A stretch of DNA of 64,000 bases, from IMG/VR virus record IMGVR_UViG_3300021399_000098; one strand, given 5' to 3'. The stretch is from a virus. Taxonomy: Duplodnaviria; Caudoviricetes. Both the position numbers and the translations under genes were made by a program. The notes below the pieces were generated by a model. That model was not told the origin of the DNA and ran no database searches. It was given only the letters and a program-made list of their open reading frames with translations. Below are positions 38,919 to 48,784 of the stretch, in pieces (positions within the stretch are counted from its first letter, which is position 1; each line of letters starts with the position of its first letter).

Positions 38919-39296
38919 ATGAAAAAGATTATAAGATTAACAGAATCTGATTTACATAGGATTATTAAGAATTCAGTATCTAGGATATTAAAAGAAGATA
39001 TTCTAGGAAATGACTGGCATCAAGGTGATGATAATTCAGTCATGAACAACTATGAGCCATTTGATGGCCAGATTGATAGATATGAGGCTGAGAATGAATT
39101 CAGAAATCAGCACGATTGGGGAGCAGAGGGAGAAGAGCAATTTGACCCAACACATTACAACCAAGACGGCAACGTACTAGGTTGGAATGATGATGAAGCA
39201 GAAGGGTATGAAGAAGACCCAGATTGGTATAGGAATGATGTAAATCCGATTAACGATAGTCCGTCAGATGGAGATTTATATCATGGTACGTTGTAA
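38919..39296 (+). CDS. putative internal head protein (LTESDLH motif) with an acidic payload
   Basis: MKKIIRLTESDLHRIIKNSVSRILKE followed by an Asp/Glu-rich region. Confidence 0.6.
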   Translation: MKKIIRLTESDLHRIIKNSVSRILKEDILGNDWHQGDDNSVMNNYEPFDGQIDRYEAENEFRNQHDWGAEGEEQFDPTHYNQDGNVLGWNDDEAEGYEEDPDWYRNDVNPINDSPSDGDLYHGTL

Positions 39297-39325
39297 AAAA
39301 AATAGGTGAAAAATGATAATACAAT

Positions 39326-39357
39326 AAAAAGAGCAACTAATTAAAGTTGCTCTTTTT
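39326..39357. terminator. bidirectional terminator
   Basis: aaaaagagcaact...agttgctcttttt. Confidence 0.8.
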
Positions 39358-39360
39358 ATT

Positions 39361-39591
39361 TTACATTGACATCATCTGTTGTAGTTTTCTAAGCTCCATG
39401 ACTATACTTCCAAGTTTTTCTATGGTAACTTCATGTCTAGATACGCCATCGCCAAGGATTTGGTTGTACAAACCTTCTAATTGGTCTGCGCACACCCTAA
39501 CCGTTTCACTGTCATTAGGATTCTTATATTCTTTTAGCATTTCCTTACTCCTTATATATTCATTAATTACTTCATTGATAATATCCTTCAT
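39361..39591 (-). CDS. small prohead core-like protein
   Basis: MKDIINEVINE..MLKE; lies downstream of the portal gene. Confidence 0.5.
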   Translation of the reverse strand: MKDIINEVINEYIRSKEMLKEYKNPNDSETVRVCADQLEGLYNQILGDGVSRHEVTIEKLGSIVMELRKLQQMMSM

Positions 39592-39596
39592 AACAG

Positions 39597-40529
39597 TTAA
39601 TCATCCATTAAAATATCTCTTATTTCAAGTAACTTTGCGATGTCCTTTACAATTGATTCTTTGTTGAACTTCTGTTCTTCCAACTGTGACTTCAATTGCT
39701 TCAACTCTGTATTTTCAGCGTCTTCCTTCAACATCTGGTTTATCTTTTCAATGCATTCGTTTTTGAACTTGTTGAAAAGCTTTTCCTTTCTCTTCTCTGC
39801 GATTGGACTTCTGAAATCAGTTATCTGCTGAACGAATGACATTTCAGACTCAGTAAGAGTGTCCTTCAACTTGCTTTCAAAGTTCTTTACAAGCTTGCTA
39901 GGGTCTACTGACTCATTTATAACATCACCCTTGTGCTTGTTCATGTATTTACATATGTTGTTGGTGCTCTCAGCCAATGTTGCAACGTTAGCTACAGAAT
40001 TCTTCTTGGTGAAGATGTTATGACCAGACTCATATAAGGTTCTCATTTCATCGTTGATAAAATCAGTAGGAATAATATTGTTCTCTTTAAGTATGTTCCT
40101 AAACTTTGCGTTTGACTTCAACAATGTTTCCCTATTGATTGTAGGTACAACTGCTTCATATAGTTTCTGTGCCAACTCTTCTGGCTTTAATACATCAGCC
40201 ATCTTACCACGATAGTTTCTTATTGCATTGTAATAGTTAAACTGACTTGACAAATTGCTGTCTTCTTTGATTAGCTTTACAACATCCCTAACGACTTTCT
40301 TGTCGTTTTTGAACAATTCTGGAAGTCTTTCTTCAAATATATGGTTCAAGATACCAAAGTTATTTGTATTAAGTTCAGCAGTAAGTTCATCCTCATGTCT
40401 GCTGTCTTCAACTGCTTCGTCTAGCATCTCTTTTACATAATCATAAGCCTTGTAATCGCCTTTCTTAAGTGCTTCGGTCATTATGCTTATGTAGTTTGAA
40501 AACTCTTCTTGATACTTGTTATTTTTCAT
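39597..40529 (-). CDS. putative prohead core protein
   Basis: Helical 310-aa ORF after the portal; INES and LTES motifs; TATTTATA at 40563-40570. Confidence 0.55.
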   Translation of the reverse strand: MKNNKYQEEFSNYISIMTEALKKGDYKAYDYVKEMLDEAVEDSRHEDELTAELNTNNFGILNHIFEERLPELFKNDKKVVRDVVKLIKEDSNLSSQFNYYNAIRNYRGKMADVLKPEELAQKLYEAVVPTINRETLLKSNAKFRNILKENNIIPTDFINDEMRTLYESGHNIFTKKNSVANVATLAESTNNICKYMNKHKGDVINESVDPSKLVKNFESKLKDTLTESEMSFVQQITDFRSPIAEKRKEKLFNKFKNECIEKINQMLKEDAENTELKQLKSQLEEQKFNKESIVKDIAKLLEIRDILMDD

Positions 40530-40617
40530 ATTGTTAGTATTTTCTTTTATTGCTTTATTTCTTATAAATATAAGTAAACAACAAAAGGTGCAACATTTGA
40601 GTCACACCTTTATCATC

Positions 40618-42648
40618 TTATTTTTCATCAACGAATTTGCTTAATGCATTTATCATTTTATCAAACTCCTCATTTATTAGCAAAGATTCACTATCATATA
40701 TATCAGCTCTCTTATATTCAGTTTCTTTTGGGCTTCTTTTATGCTCTGTGAGAACGTTCATATATTTTTTAAAGTAATCTTCAGTTATTAGTGGTTTGTT
40801 CTTGCTTACAGACTCCATCGGTGCGTTAGGGTCATTTCCCATATCGGCTGTTGGCATTGAGCCTTCTGTGCCAGCGATGTCTCCTGTATCGTCACTTCCT
40901 GGAGAGCCAAGTCCATCGAGTTCACCTCCTGCGTCCATTGGTGGTGGAGCACCGCCTCCTGGCATGCCTCCTGCCATGCCACCTCCGCCCATTCCACCGT
41001 CAGCACCCATGCCGCCTTGTCCTTGCTGGTCATCCATATACTCAGCTCCAGGCTCTCCATAGATTCTGTCAACGGTGTCGAAGATACCAGTCTTCTTGAT
41101 GATTTGAGTGGTCTTTTCAAGTTCAGCAGCGATACCCTTCTCAAGACGTATCTCTTCAAGGTTCTCCTTAATTTCTTTCTCAGACCATTTCATAATCTGC
41201 TTCAATGCACGAGTCTGTGACATAACTGGTAGGCCATTACCTGGGTCTGACACAGCGTCTCTAACGGCATCAATCTTCTTCTGCATGTTTTCAATCTCAA
41301 GTTGTTCTGCTTGTGTTGATGGGTTATTCATTGACAACGTGAAGTTGGTCAATTCATCATTGAAGCCTAACAAGAACAAGTGTATTGATGCGACCTTAGT
41401 CAATTCCATCAAGAACGCTTGCTGTATTCTGTTCACCGTTCTAGTGAAACGAATGTCCATAAGTGCTAGGTTTTTACCTTCACCAACACCCTCTTCAAAG
41501 TTCAAGAATGACTTAGGAATTCTAAGTGCTGTTAACACCTTATTCTGCACGAACTTGATGTCATCCAATGCCGTCATGTTCTGAGCAGCAGAAAGCGTGT
41601 CAATAGGTGTTGGCGCATTTTCATCACGAACAGGTATGAAAATATCTTGGTCAACTGACAATATGTTCTTACGAAGGTCAACTTGGCCAGTCATTGGGTC
41701 GATAATTGGAGTTCTCTTAAACTCGTTGGCAATTCTTTCAACATAAGCACCTACGTCAGCATCGTCAATAGCACCAACGAATATCTTATATACACGCCTT
41801 TCAATAGAACGCTCAAGACGATAAATAAGCATCATGTCTTCCATCAAGGAAAGCATACGCCAGTGTCTACGAGCAGCGTTAAGGTAACTCACTCCATAAG
41901 GAAGGTATAGTGAATTGGTAAGTAAACGGAAATGAGCAACTTGCCAGTCACGGAATGGAATTTGAGATTGATTATCATCCAACCAAATGAATTGGGTTGA
42001 CATATCAGCATCATCTTTTGTTATGCCGTTAACTGCTATTGAAGCGCCTGCTCCATAAGGATTTTGTATTCCGTTTTCAATTCTCTCTACATTAAAAACT
42101 GGAAGCTGTTTCCAACTTTTAACACCATTCTTATGGTCAATGTCCAATAACATAAACTGATTACCATACTTACACATCGCACGGATAATCATTTGACCAG
42201 TAAGCTGAATATTAAGTCTGTTTACAAACAAATCCTCCAATATGTTTTTAATACGGTCTGATTTTGAATAAACATTAACGACCATACCCTTATCGTTGGT
42301 TATGGTACTCTCTTCAGAAACAATATCCAATGCTGCGCCTATCTCTGGAAACGCATCCATCAAGTCAGCATCACGATACATAAGTTTAACGTTGTTCAGA
42401 CCAGCATATGCAGTAACGGATAGATTAACGTTTGCCTTAATCCATCTGTTTTTTAAAAACTTATCTTGTTGAAGCTCTAGTTTTTTTTCAATGTAATCCT
42501 CTTTGTCAGTTGTCTTATACAAGACTTCTTTGTCAGTATGGCTCATGTCATATGTATTGACATGAGGAGTGACAATATCTTGCGGATTCCACTGGCCTCT
42601 TATGGCTTTATCTAGGGCTTGAAATACTGTTGTACTTTTCTTTGCCAT
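40618..42648 (-). CDS. portal protein (T4 gp20-like)
   Basis: PEIGAALDIVSEE, EDMMLIYRLERSIERRVYKI, DDIKFVQNK..ALRIP and DIRFTRTVNRIQ. Confidence 0.93.
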   Translation of the reverse strand: MAKKSTTVFQALDKAIRGQWNPQDIVTPHVNTYDMSHTDKEVLYKTTDKEDYIEKKLELQQDKFLKNRWIKANVNLSVTAYAGLNNVKLMYRDADLMDAFPEIGAALDIVSEESTITNDKGMVVNVYSKSDRIKNILEDLFVNRLNIQLTGQMIIRAMCKYGNQFMLLDIDHKNGVKSWKQLPVFNVERIENGIQNPYGAGASIAVNGITKDDADMSTQFIWLDDNQSQIPFRDWQVAHFRLLTNSLYLPYGVSYLNAARRHWRMLSLMEDMMLIYRLERSIERRVYKIFVGAIDDADVGAYVERIANEFKRTPIIDPMTGQVDLRKNILSVDQDIFIPVRDENAPTPIDTLSAAQNMTALDDIKFVQNKVLTALRIPKSFLNFEEGVGEGKNLALMDIRFTRTVNRIQQAFLMELTKVASIHLFLLGFNDELTNFTLSMNNPSTQAEQLEIENMQKKIDAVRDAVSDPGNGLPVMSQTRALKQIMKWSEKEIKENLEEIRLEKGIAAELEKTTQIIKKTGIFDTVDRIYGEPGAEYMDDQQGQGGMGADGGMGGGGMAGGMPGGGAPPPMDAGGELDGLGSPGSDDTGDIAGTEGSMPTADMGNDPNAPMESVSKNKPLITEDYFKKYMNVLTEHKRSPKETEYKRADIYDSESLLINEEFDKMINALSKFVDEK

Positions 42649-42701
42649 TATAAACCTTTTCTATAAAAAATAATTATTTTTATATAAATATCAAGACTAT
42701 C

Positions 42702-44579
42702 TTATTTAACCCCACCCATAAGCCACATATACGTTCCATTTGGAACATTATCATATTTATGTAGATTTTTTCCTGAATAGAATGGCAAACCAACAGAAGG
42801 TGAAATAGCAGAGCCATAATTGATTCTAGGCTTGTTCATCCTAATTGCATTTGTCATCATATAGGCATTAAGAATTGATTTGTCCTTATTTACGGTATTC
42901 TGTATTCTATTGACGGTAAACTGCATTACAAATAATCCCATTGCCAATGCAGTAAGGGTATCGTCATGCGCACCGTCTTGGTGGTCTATTCTAGCATTTT
43001 CACCCTTGAATATCCATGTCTCCAATTCGTTGATAACCCTAGCAGAACGAATCTTAAATTCATCATTACGAACAAGTCCTGCAAAGTTAGCCAATACTGG
43101 ATAACGGTTTCCTTGGAAATGAAAACCAGGAAGTTTATCTGTATATCCGTCATAGTTTTTAGTTGACCTCTGTACTGTATATGTCTTTTGGTTTGAATCT
43201 TCATAGTAAAGGTTTTTGTACCCCATTTGAAGCATCGTCAATATACAAGCGTCACCTTGGCCACCAGTACAGTCAACTACAACAAACGCATTATTGTACA
43301 ACGTGCCATACTGATAGCACAGCGCACCGATGTCATCACCTAGCTTTTTACCAACATATTCCGCAACTTGTTCTATGATAGGCATTCCGTTTTCATCCCT
43401 ACCATCCATATCAATTATCTCTATGGCAGTTCTATCGGCTGACACACCTCTAGATGGGTCGCAAGCTAGAATGTATCTATGCCCTTCAATTGGTTTCTTC
43501 CAGAACCAAGTCTCTTCAACCAATGGGTCAGCGAAATCCTCAAGCGGCTCTCTGTTGTTAAGTTTCTCTTGCATTTCAATAAACTCTGGAGCAACAACGT
43601 TGTCAGCAGAACCCATGAACGATACGTCTAGCTCTTGGGCTATTTTCATTGAGTCGTTATTGAACGACTTACACATATCTTCATACCAAGGTGCTGTAGG
43701 CTTCCATCCCTTATGCTCTAATTCTGCCCACCTTTCCTCATCATACTTAACGCTACCTTCATCATCTATGATTGGGTCTTGGTCGTACATCCACTCACCT
43801 GTGTCTTCATTTTTCTTTTTCCACACAAGGAACTTGTTGAATCGTGGGTCTTGATACCAACGGAACTGAACAGCCACAAAGTTGTTTTCACGGCTTAAGG
43901 CTTGTCTGTATGTGTTGTAATACAACTCATCCCTACCATTAGGCGTAGACACCATCACAGTCTTGGAATTTGGGTTTGAGGCCATTGTAGCGGCAGCAGT
44001 GGTAAATACTGCCACACCCTCTTCAATGAACGCAGCCTCGTCCAATATAAGCACAGATACAGCAGAAATACCACGAGCAGCATTAGGGCCGCTAGCACGT
44101 GCAATCACTCTGCAACCGTTGAAAAGTTTTAACTCACCTTTTGCGTCTTTAACGAATATTGATTTTATGTTTTTTTCTGAATTTGGGTCAGGACTAAAAT
44201 ACTCACTTCCCCAAATCCATCTTGGAACTTGCTCAAGAAAGTCACGGATTTTAATAATAATTTCTTGTGCTTGTTCAAGTTTGTTTGCAATACACAACAC
44301 AGTCTCTGGGGAATCTTTTGATGCAAACGCGCACTGAGCAGTTACCCACGCGCTTGATAATGTTGTGATACCACACTGTCTAGGCTTAATTGCAACCACA
44401 TTTCTGTTTTCAGCCAATGCCCTCAAGAAAGCCCTCTGTCTAGGAAAACAATGGAATTGGGTCTTCTTACCTTTAATTGCATTGAAAGTAGATAGGTACT
44501 TTTCAATGAACGCTATCCTAGATTTGTCCGCATAACACATTGCATAGTCTTGCTGGATTTGTTTGTAATCGTATATCAT
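42702..44579 (-). CDS. terminase large subunit (T4 gp17-like)
   Basis: KPRQCGITT, LILDEAAF, VSTPNG, nuclease CDPSRG and HDD. Confidence 0.95.
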   Translation of the reverse strand: MIYDYKQIQQDYAMCYADKSRIAFIEKYLSTFNAIKGKKTQFHCFPRQRAFLRALAENRNVVAIKPRQCGITTLSSAWVTAQCAFASKDSPETVLCIANKLEQAQEIIIKIRDFLEQVPRWIWGSEYFSPDPNSEKNIKSIFVKDAKGELKLFNGCRVIARASGPNAARGISAVSVLILDEAAFIEEGVAVFTTAAATMASNPNSKTVMVSTPNGRDELYYNTYRQALSRENNFVAVQFRWYQDPRFNKFLVWKKKNEDTGEWMYDQDPIIDDEGSVKYDEERWAELEHKGWKPTAPWYEDMCKSFNNDSMKIAQELDVSFMGSADNVVAPEFIEMQEKLNNREPLEDFADPLVEETWFWKKPIEGHRYILACDPSRGVSADRTAIEIIDMDGRDENGMPIIEQVAEYVGKKLGDDIGALCYQYGTLYNNAFVVVDCTGGQGDACILTMLQMGYKNLYYEDSNQKTYTVQRSTKNYDGYTDKLPGFHFQGNRYPVLANFAGLVRNDEFKIRSARVINELETWIFKGENARIDHQDGAHDDTLTALAMGLFVMQFTVNRIQNTVNKDKSILNAYMMTNAIRMNKPRINYGSAISPSVGLPFYSGKNLHKYDNVPNGTYMWLMGGVK

Positions 44580-44691
44580 AATTGAAACTTTTTAAATTTT
44601 AATAAATATAGCGTAACTTTCAAAAGTTATTCATTTATAAATATTTACGAATAAAAAAAGAGCGAATCGTAAAAGATTCGCTCATATATCA

Positions 44692-45912
44692 TCATTCATC
44701 TTCTTCAATTACATCACCATCACCTTCCTCTGAATCTAGTTCATATCCATTGGTTTCAGCACTAGTGAAATATGAGTCCTTAATTAAAGATTTGTCAACA
44801 TTTCTAGCATTTATTCTATTTGTAAACTGTTGGTATCCGTTGTCATATTCGGCTTCCTTCATCAGTTCTCCGATTATTTCGTTTCCCTTTTCAGTTGATG
44901 CTAGTATTTCCTTAACCACATCGTTGAACTCATCTATGGAAATCCTGACAAATGACGTGAACATATAAGGAATCATGTTAGTGTCTTCAACCCTTCCGAA
45001 AATCATATCCCAAAGGCCAACGCCAAGCCTTAAATCCCAAGGCTCTGCAAGCACGAAATCAGCTTTCTTTATGATATGCATTGCATTTTTCTTATCCTTT
45101 GGAAGTCCATGTGATGAGAACAATTCAAACATACCTCTTATTGCCTCTTGGAACAACAAAGGAAATATAATGCCTTGAACCTTTATTGTTGTTTTTGAAT
45201 CACCGACACCCAAATGTGTTTCAACGTAAGAACCTTGCATTGGCTTGTCATCTGTCATTTTTTCCTTTTTAATGAAAAGCAAATAGTCATTGATTATCCT
45301 TATTCTTCTGTACAATCTAGGAAGTTCAGGATTTATCCTATCAATGTCGCTTATATAAAGTCCTTCAACCTTTGCATATGTGTATGAAGCACCTTGTATT
45401 AAAGCATCTATAAATCTTCTCTTTTCAATTGCCTTATTTGAAAACTCTATATCCTTTATGTCCTTAAACGTGTAATTTAAATCCACATTTGACTCTGGTC
45501 TCAATCTAATTGCACTCTTAAACTTGATTCTGTCAACCAACTTAAAAATCAAGTTAATACTTTCCTCTGGAATTGCAAACAACTTGTTCAATGCATTTTC
45601 GCATATCTTTTCCAACGAATCCCTGACAGGCGTTTCCAATTCTTTTGCCCTTTTCAGAAGTTCGCTAAGTTCAGTCATAAGCTCATCCTCAGTACAAGAC
45701 CCCAATCCGATAGACTCAATTTCATCGCACACCTCATTATACCTTGTTTTCAACAAAGTATAATCAAACGGATAGTCACCAACATTAGGGAACGCGCCAT
45801 TATCACCTAATGATGTACAGTGGGCTTTAACCATCTTATACAAAAACCTAGGCAATAGTCTTCCGTTTATAACACTAGATACAGAATTTTCGTTTATGTA
45901 TATTTTTTTCAT
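44692..45912 (-). CDS. hypothetical late protein (N-terminal KKIYINE motif)
   Basis: 406-aa ORF in the head cluster. Confidence 0.6.
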   Translation of the reverse strand: MKKIYINENSVSSVINGRLLPRFLYKMVKAHCTSLGDNGAFPNVGDYPFDYTLLKTRYNEVCDEIESIGLGSCTEDELMTELSELLKRAKELETPVRDSLEKICENALNKLFAIPEESINLIFKLVDRIKFKSAIRLRPESNVDLNYTFKDIKDIEFSNKAIEKRRFIDALIQGASYTYAKVEGLYISDIDRINPELPRLYRRIRIINDYLLFIKKEKMTDDKPMQGSYVETHLGVGDSKTTIKVQGIIFPLLFQEAIRGMFELFSSHGLPKDKKNAMHIIKKADFVLAEPWDLRLGVGLWDMIFGRVEDTNMIPYMFTSFVRISIDEFNDVVKEILASTEKGNEIIGELMKEAEYDNGYQQFTNRINARNVDKSLIKDSYFTSAETNGYELDSEEGDGDVIEEDE

Positions 45913-46394
45913 TATAAGCTATTTAAAAACTTGCTTAATTCTTTCTTTGTGAAAGGAATGGAATTCCTTCTCATTTCATCCATAACCTTTCTAGGTGAAA
46001 CTGAATTTATTTCCAAAGAACTAGAATCTGAAGAAGTGTTGGACGTTGCTGGTGTTAAATCTATTGATATGTCATCATTTTCAGGTTTACTAGCCAAATT
46101 TTGAACTCTACTTATTTGTGCACCTGTAGCATTAGCTGGCAAACTAACTTTTAAACCTTCACCAGTATTTGAGTCATTCTGATTATCCATTTGACCCAAT
46201 TGATTTTGAACAAGTTTTGTGCTAGGGTTTTGATTCATTATTTTAGACCCTTGGGTAACAAATTGTCTTACATTTTTAGCATTTGGCGCAGTGGCAACGA
46301 AACCTTCTTCGTTTAGCCTCAACTGGCTTTTTGAATAAATTCTACCCTCACCAAGGTTTACCAATTTATTATTTTTTTTAACCAATATTTTCAT
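45912..46394 (-). CDS. hypothetical late protein
   Basis: TATTTATA at 46410-46417; internal LRLNEE. Confidence 0.55.
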   Translation of the reverse strand: MKILVKKNNKLVNLGEGRIYSKSQLRLNEEGFVATAPNAKNVRQFVTQGSKIMNQNPSTKLVQNQLGQMDNQNDSNTGEGLKVSLPANATGAQISRVQNLASKPENDDISIDLTPATSNTSSDSSSLEINSVSPRKVMDEMRRNSIPFTKKELSKFLNSL

Positions 46395-46466
46395 ATTACA
46401 AATTTTATATATAAATATTTAGACAAAATAAAAAAGGGATACTTCTAAGTACCCCTTTTGTTTATT

Positions 46467-46994
46467 TTAGAATGGAGATATAAATGGACTCACCATATCT
46501 CTGTATGCCCTAGGCAACTTTTTCTGTGGCCTTGTTGTACCTACCCTATCATCTAGCACATCATTTATCGTTTCATCAATAATTGATTTCATATTTACTC
46601 TAGATTCCATTGGCATGTCACCTTGTGGTATTTCACCACCTTCTGAGTTATCTGCCATACTTTTTGCATACTTTGTCACAGCTGCCTTGTCTTCAATTGA
46701 AAGTCCGTTGATGATACCCATTAGTTCATCATCTTCACCTCCCATTGGCTCTTCATCTCCCATTGGAGGTTCTTCACCCATTGCGTTAGGGTCTTCTCCA
46801 CCCATATCGTCTGGAGCACCACCCATAGGGTCAGTCATTTGGCCTTCTCCACCCATGTCATCAGCTCCCATTGGTGGCATTGGAGCATTATCTAAATCAC
46901 CCATGCCATCCACATCGCCACCTAGGGTGCTGTCAGGTATTTCAAGTTTCGTTGGTCTTTCTTCAAAAAAAGCTTCCGTTAACTTACTTGTTTC
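46467..46994 (-). CDS. acidic Gly/Met/Pro-rich ORF, probably the frameshift extension of 46984..48711
   Basis: No ATG or leader near the junction; joined to the upstream ORF through an A10 run. Confidence 0.55.
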   Translation of the reverse strand, partial: ETSKLTEAFFEERPTKLEIPDSTLGGDVDGMGDLDNAPMPPMGADDMGGEGQMTDPMGGAPDDMGGEDPNAMGEEPPMGDEEPMGGEDDELMGIINGLSIEDKAAVTKYAKSMADNSEGGEIPQGDMPMESRVNMKSIIDETINDVLDDRVGTTRPQKKLPRAYRDMVSPFISPF

Positions 46995-48711
46995 TTTTTT
47001 TTTTAAGACGGTCAAATGCTTCAGCAATTGCATTGTCAATTGAATCTGGGTCAATTTCGAATGGAGCACCATCACCAATTCTCTCACCGTAAGGCATGTC
47101 GTTCTTAACAGAATCATCATTCATATCATAATAATCTGGGAACTCTTGCAAATCCTTTGGAGGTAATGTCATCACTTTCTTCTGATATGCTGGGTGCTTT
47201 CCGAAATCATCCAACTTGTTCATGTTTCCTTGTGGAACACGACCTGCATCCTTAAATGGAGTCATACCCTCTTCGTTCATTCTTTGCTTGCGCATTGCAT
47301 TTCTAAATGCTCTCGTCTCGAAAATCTGAACACCATTTCTACGTCTGCTTTCCATTGGCATTTCATCATCATCCTCAAATTCATCATTACCCATTTCATC
47401 ATCTGGACCGAATCCTTCCTCGTCATCCATTGGCTCTTCATCACCGAATTCATTCTCTTCCTCGTCACCGAAGAGGTCATCGTCATCATATTCAGCATCG
47501 TCAACTGGAGCCTCTCCAACACCAAGCTTTGCAGCGATTTGTGTCAAAAGGTCTTCAATTGCCTCAACACGCGACTCAAGGTCATCCTCATAGATGTCAT
47601 CGTCTTCAACTTCCTCATCACCGAACTCATCATCTGCTGGTTCTTCATCACCAAGGTCATCACCCATTGCATCAGCATCAATTGGTTCACCTTCGCCCAT
47701 GTCATCGCCCATTTCGTCACCTACTGGTTCACCTTCGCCCATGTCATCACCCATGTCATCGCCAAGGTCATCCTCTGCTCCAAAATCGTCAATAGCTTCG
47801 TCCAATTGCTTACCCTTCTCAGCATCAAATGGTTTGTTGTTGTCATCAGATGGGCCTTCACCTACACCAACTGCTGGCTTATTCTGGTCATCAGTATCGT
47901 GCATTGAAGTTCCATGATTCTCTACAACACCGTTCTTCATTTCACCAGTCTTGGTTACTTTCTTGTCACCGTCATCGATGTTTCTTGCTGTTGCATCATC
48001 GAAAGGTGCGCTGTCACCAATTTCAGTTCCATGAGACTTGTCCATATAATCCTTATCGTTACGATTCCAACCAAGAACCTTCTCGCTTGTTTCCTTAACA
48101 ACACCTTCTCCCATAGTAGTAGCTTCAGGAGCGTCATCAACTGAAATAGCTCCACCACATTCCGTTTCTACCTTTTCGATGTTTCCCTTTTCAAGTTTTT
48201 CTATTCCTTTCATATCCTTTGATGCGCAAACGCCATTTGCACAGTCCTTACCTTTCTTCTCTGCAATCATCATTGCATTCTTCATAATCTGGCGTTCACG
48301 AAGGATTTCTTTCTTCATCTTGTCAGTTGCTTCGATGACAACATTTTCCTTCTTGTCCAAATCCCAAGAATTGATGTTGAAGTCAGTCTTGCTAGCAGCC
48401 TCCTTCAAAGACATCATCTTTAGGTCAAATTGCTTCTGAGCGTTTGCGAAAGAAGTATACTCATTGTCTTTTCTATTTCTGAATCCTCCAATGTAATTGA
48501 AGTCTTCCTTTACTAGGTTTTGCTTGTTAGGAGCAGACTTGATGTAGTATTTTGCACCCTCGCGGATAATAGCATATACTTTTCCATCAGCAGCAAGCTT
48601 CTGGTTCTCTACAGAACTGTAAGGAGCTTTTTTGTTTTCAGTCTGAAGACCATAACCCATTAAAGTCTTCATTCTTGCCAACTGCTCGTTTGTATTCATT
48701 TTATTGTTCAT
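46984..48711 (-). CDS. acidic scaffold / core-like protein
   Basis: Asp/Glu/Met-rich; shares KPF...KGKQL.E with the scaffold protein; TATTTATA at 48749-48756. Confidence 0.6.
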   Translation of the reverse strand: MNNKMNTNEQLARMKTLMGYGLQTENKKAPYSSVENQKLAADGKVYAIIREGAKYYIKSAPNKQNLVKEDFNYIGGFRNRKDNEYTSFANAQKQFDLKMMSLKEAASKTDFNINSWDLDKKENVVIEATDKMKKEILRERQIMKNAMMIAEKKGKDCANGVCASKDMKGIEKLEKGNIEKVETECGGAISVDDAPEATTMGEGVVKETSEKVLGWNRNDKDYMDKSHGTEIGDSAPFDDATARNIDDGDKKVTKTGEMKNGVVENHGTSMHDTDDQNKPAVGVGEGPSDDNNKPFDAEKGKQLDEAIDDFGAEDDLGDDMGDDMGEGEPVGDEMGDDMGEGEPIDADAMGDDLGDEEPADDEFGDEEVEDDDIYEDDLESRVEAIEDLLTQIAAKLGVGEAPVDDAEYDDDDLFGDEEENEFGDEEPMDDEEGFGPDDEMGNDEFEDDDEMPMESRRRNGVQIFETRAFRNAMRKQRMNEEGMTPFKDAGRVPQGNMNKLDDFGKHPAYQKKVMTLPPKDLQEFPDYYDMNDDSVKNDMPYGERIGDGAPFEIDPDSIDNAIAEAFDRLKKKRNK

Positions 48712-48784
48712 AATTAATATATTAATTTTTTTTCAAACTTATTTTTAATATAAATATTTCGTACTAATGAAAAATACTTTATAC

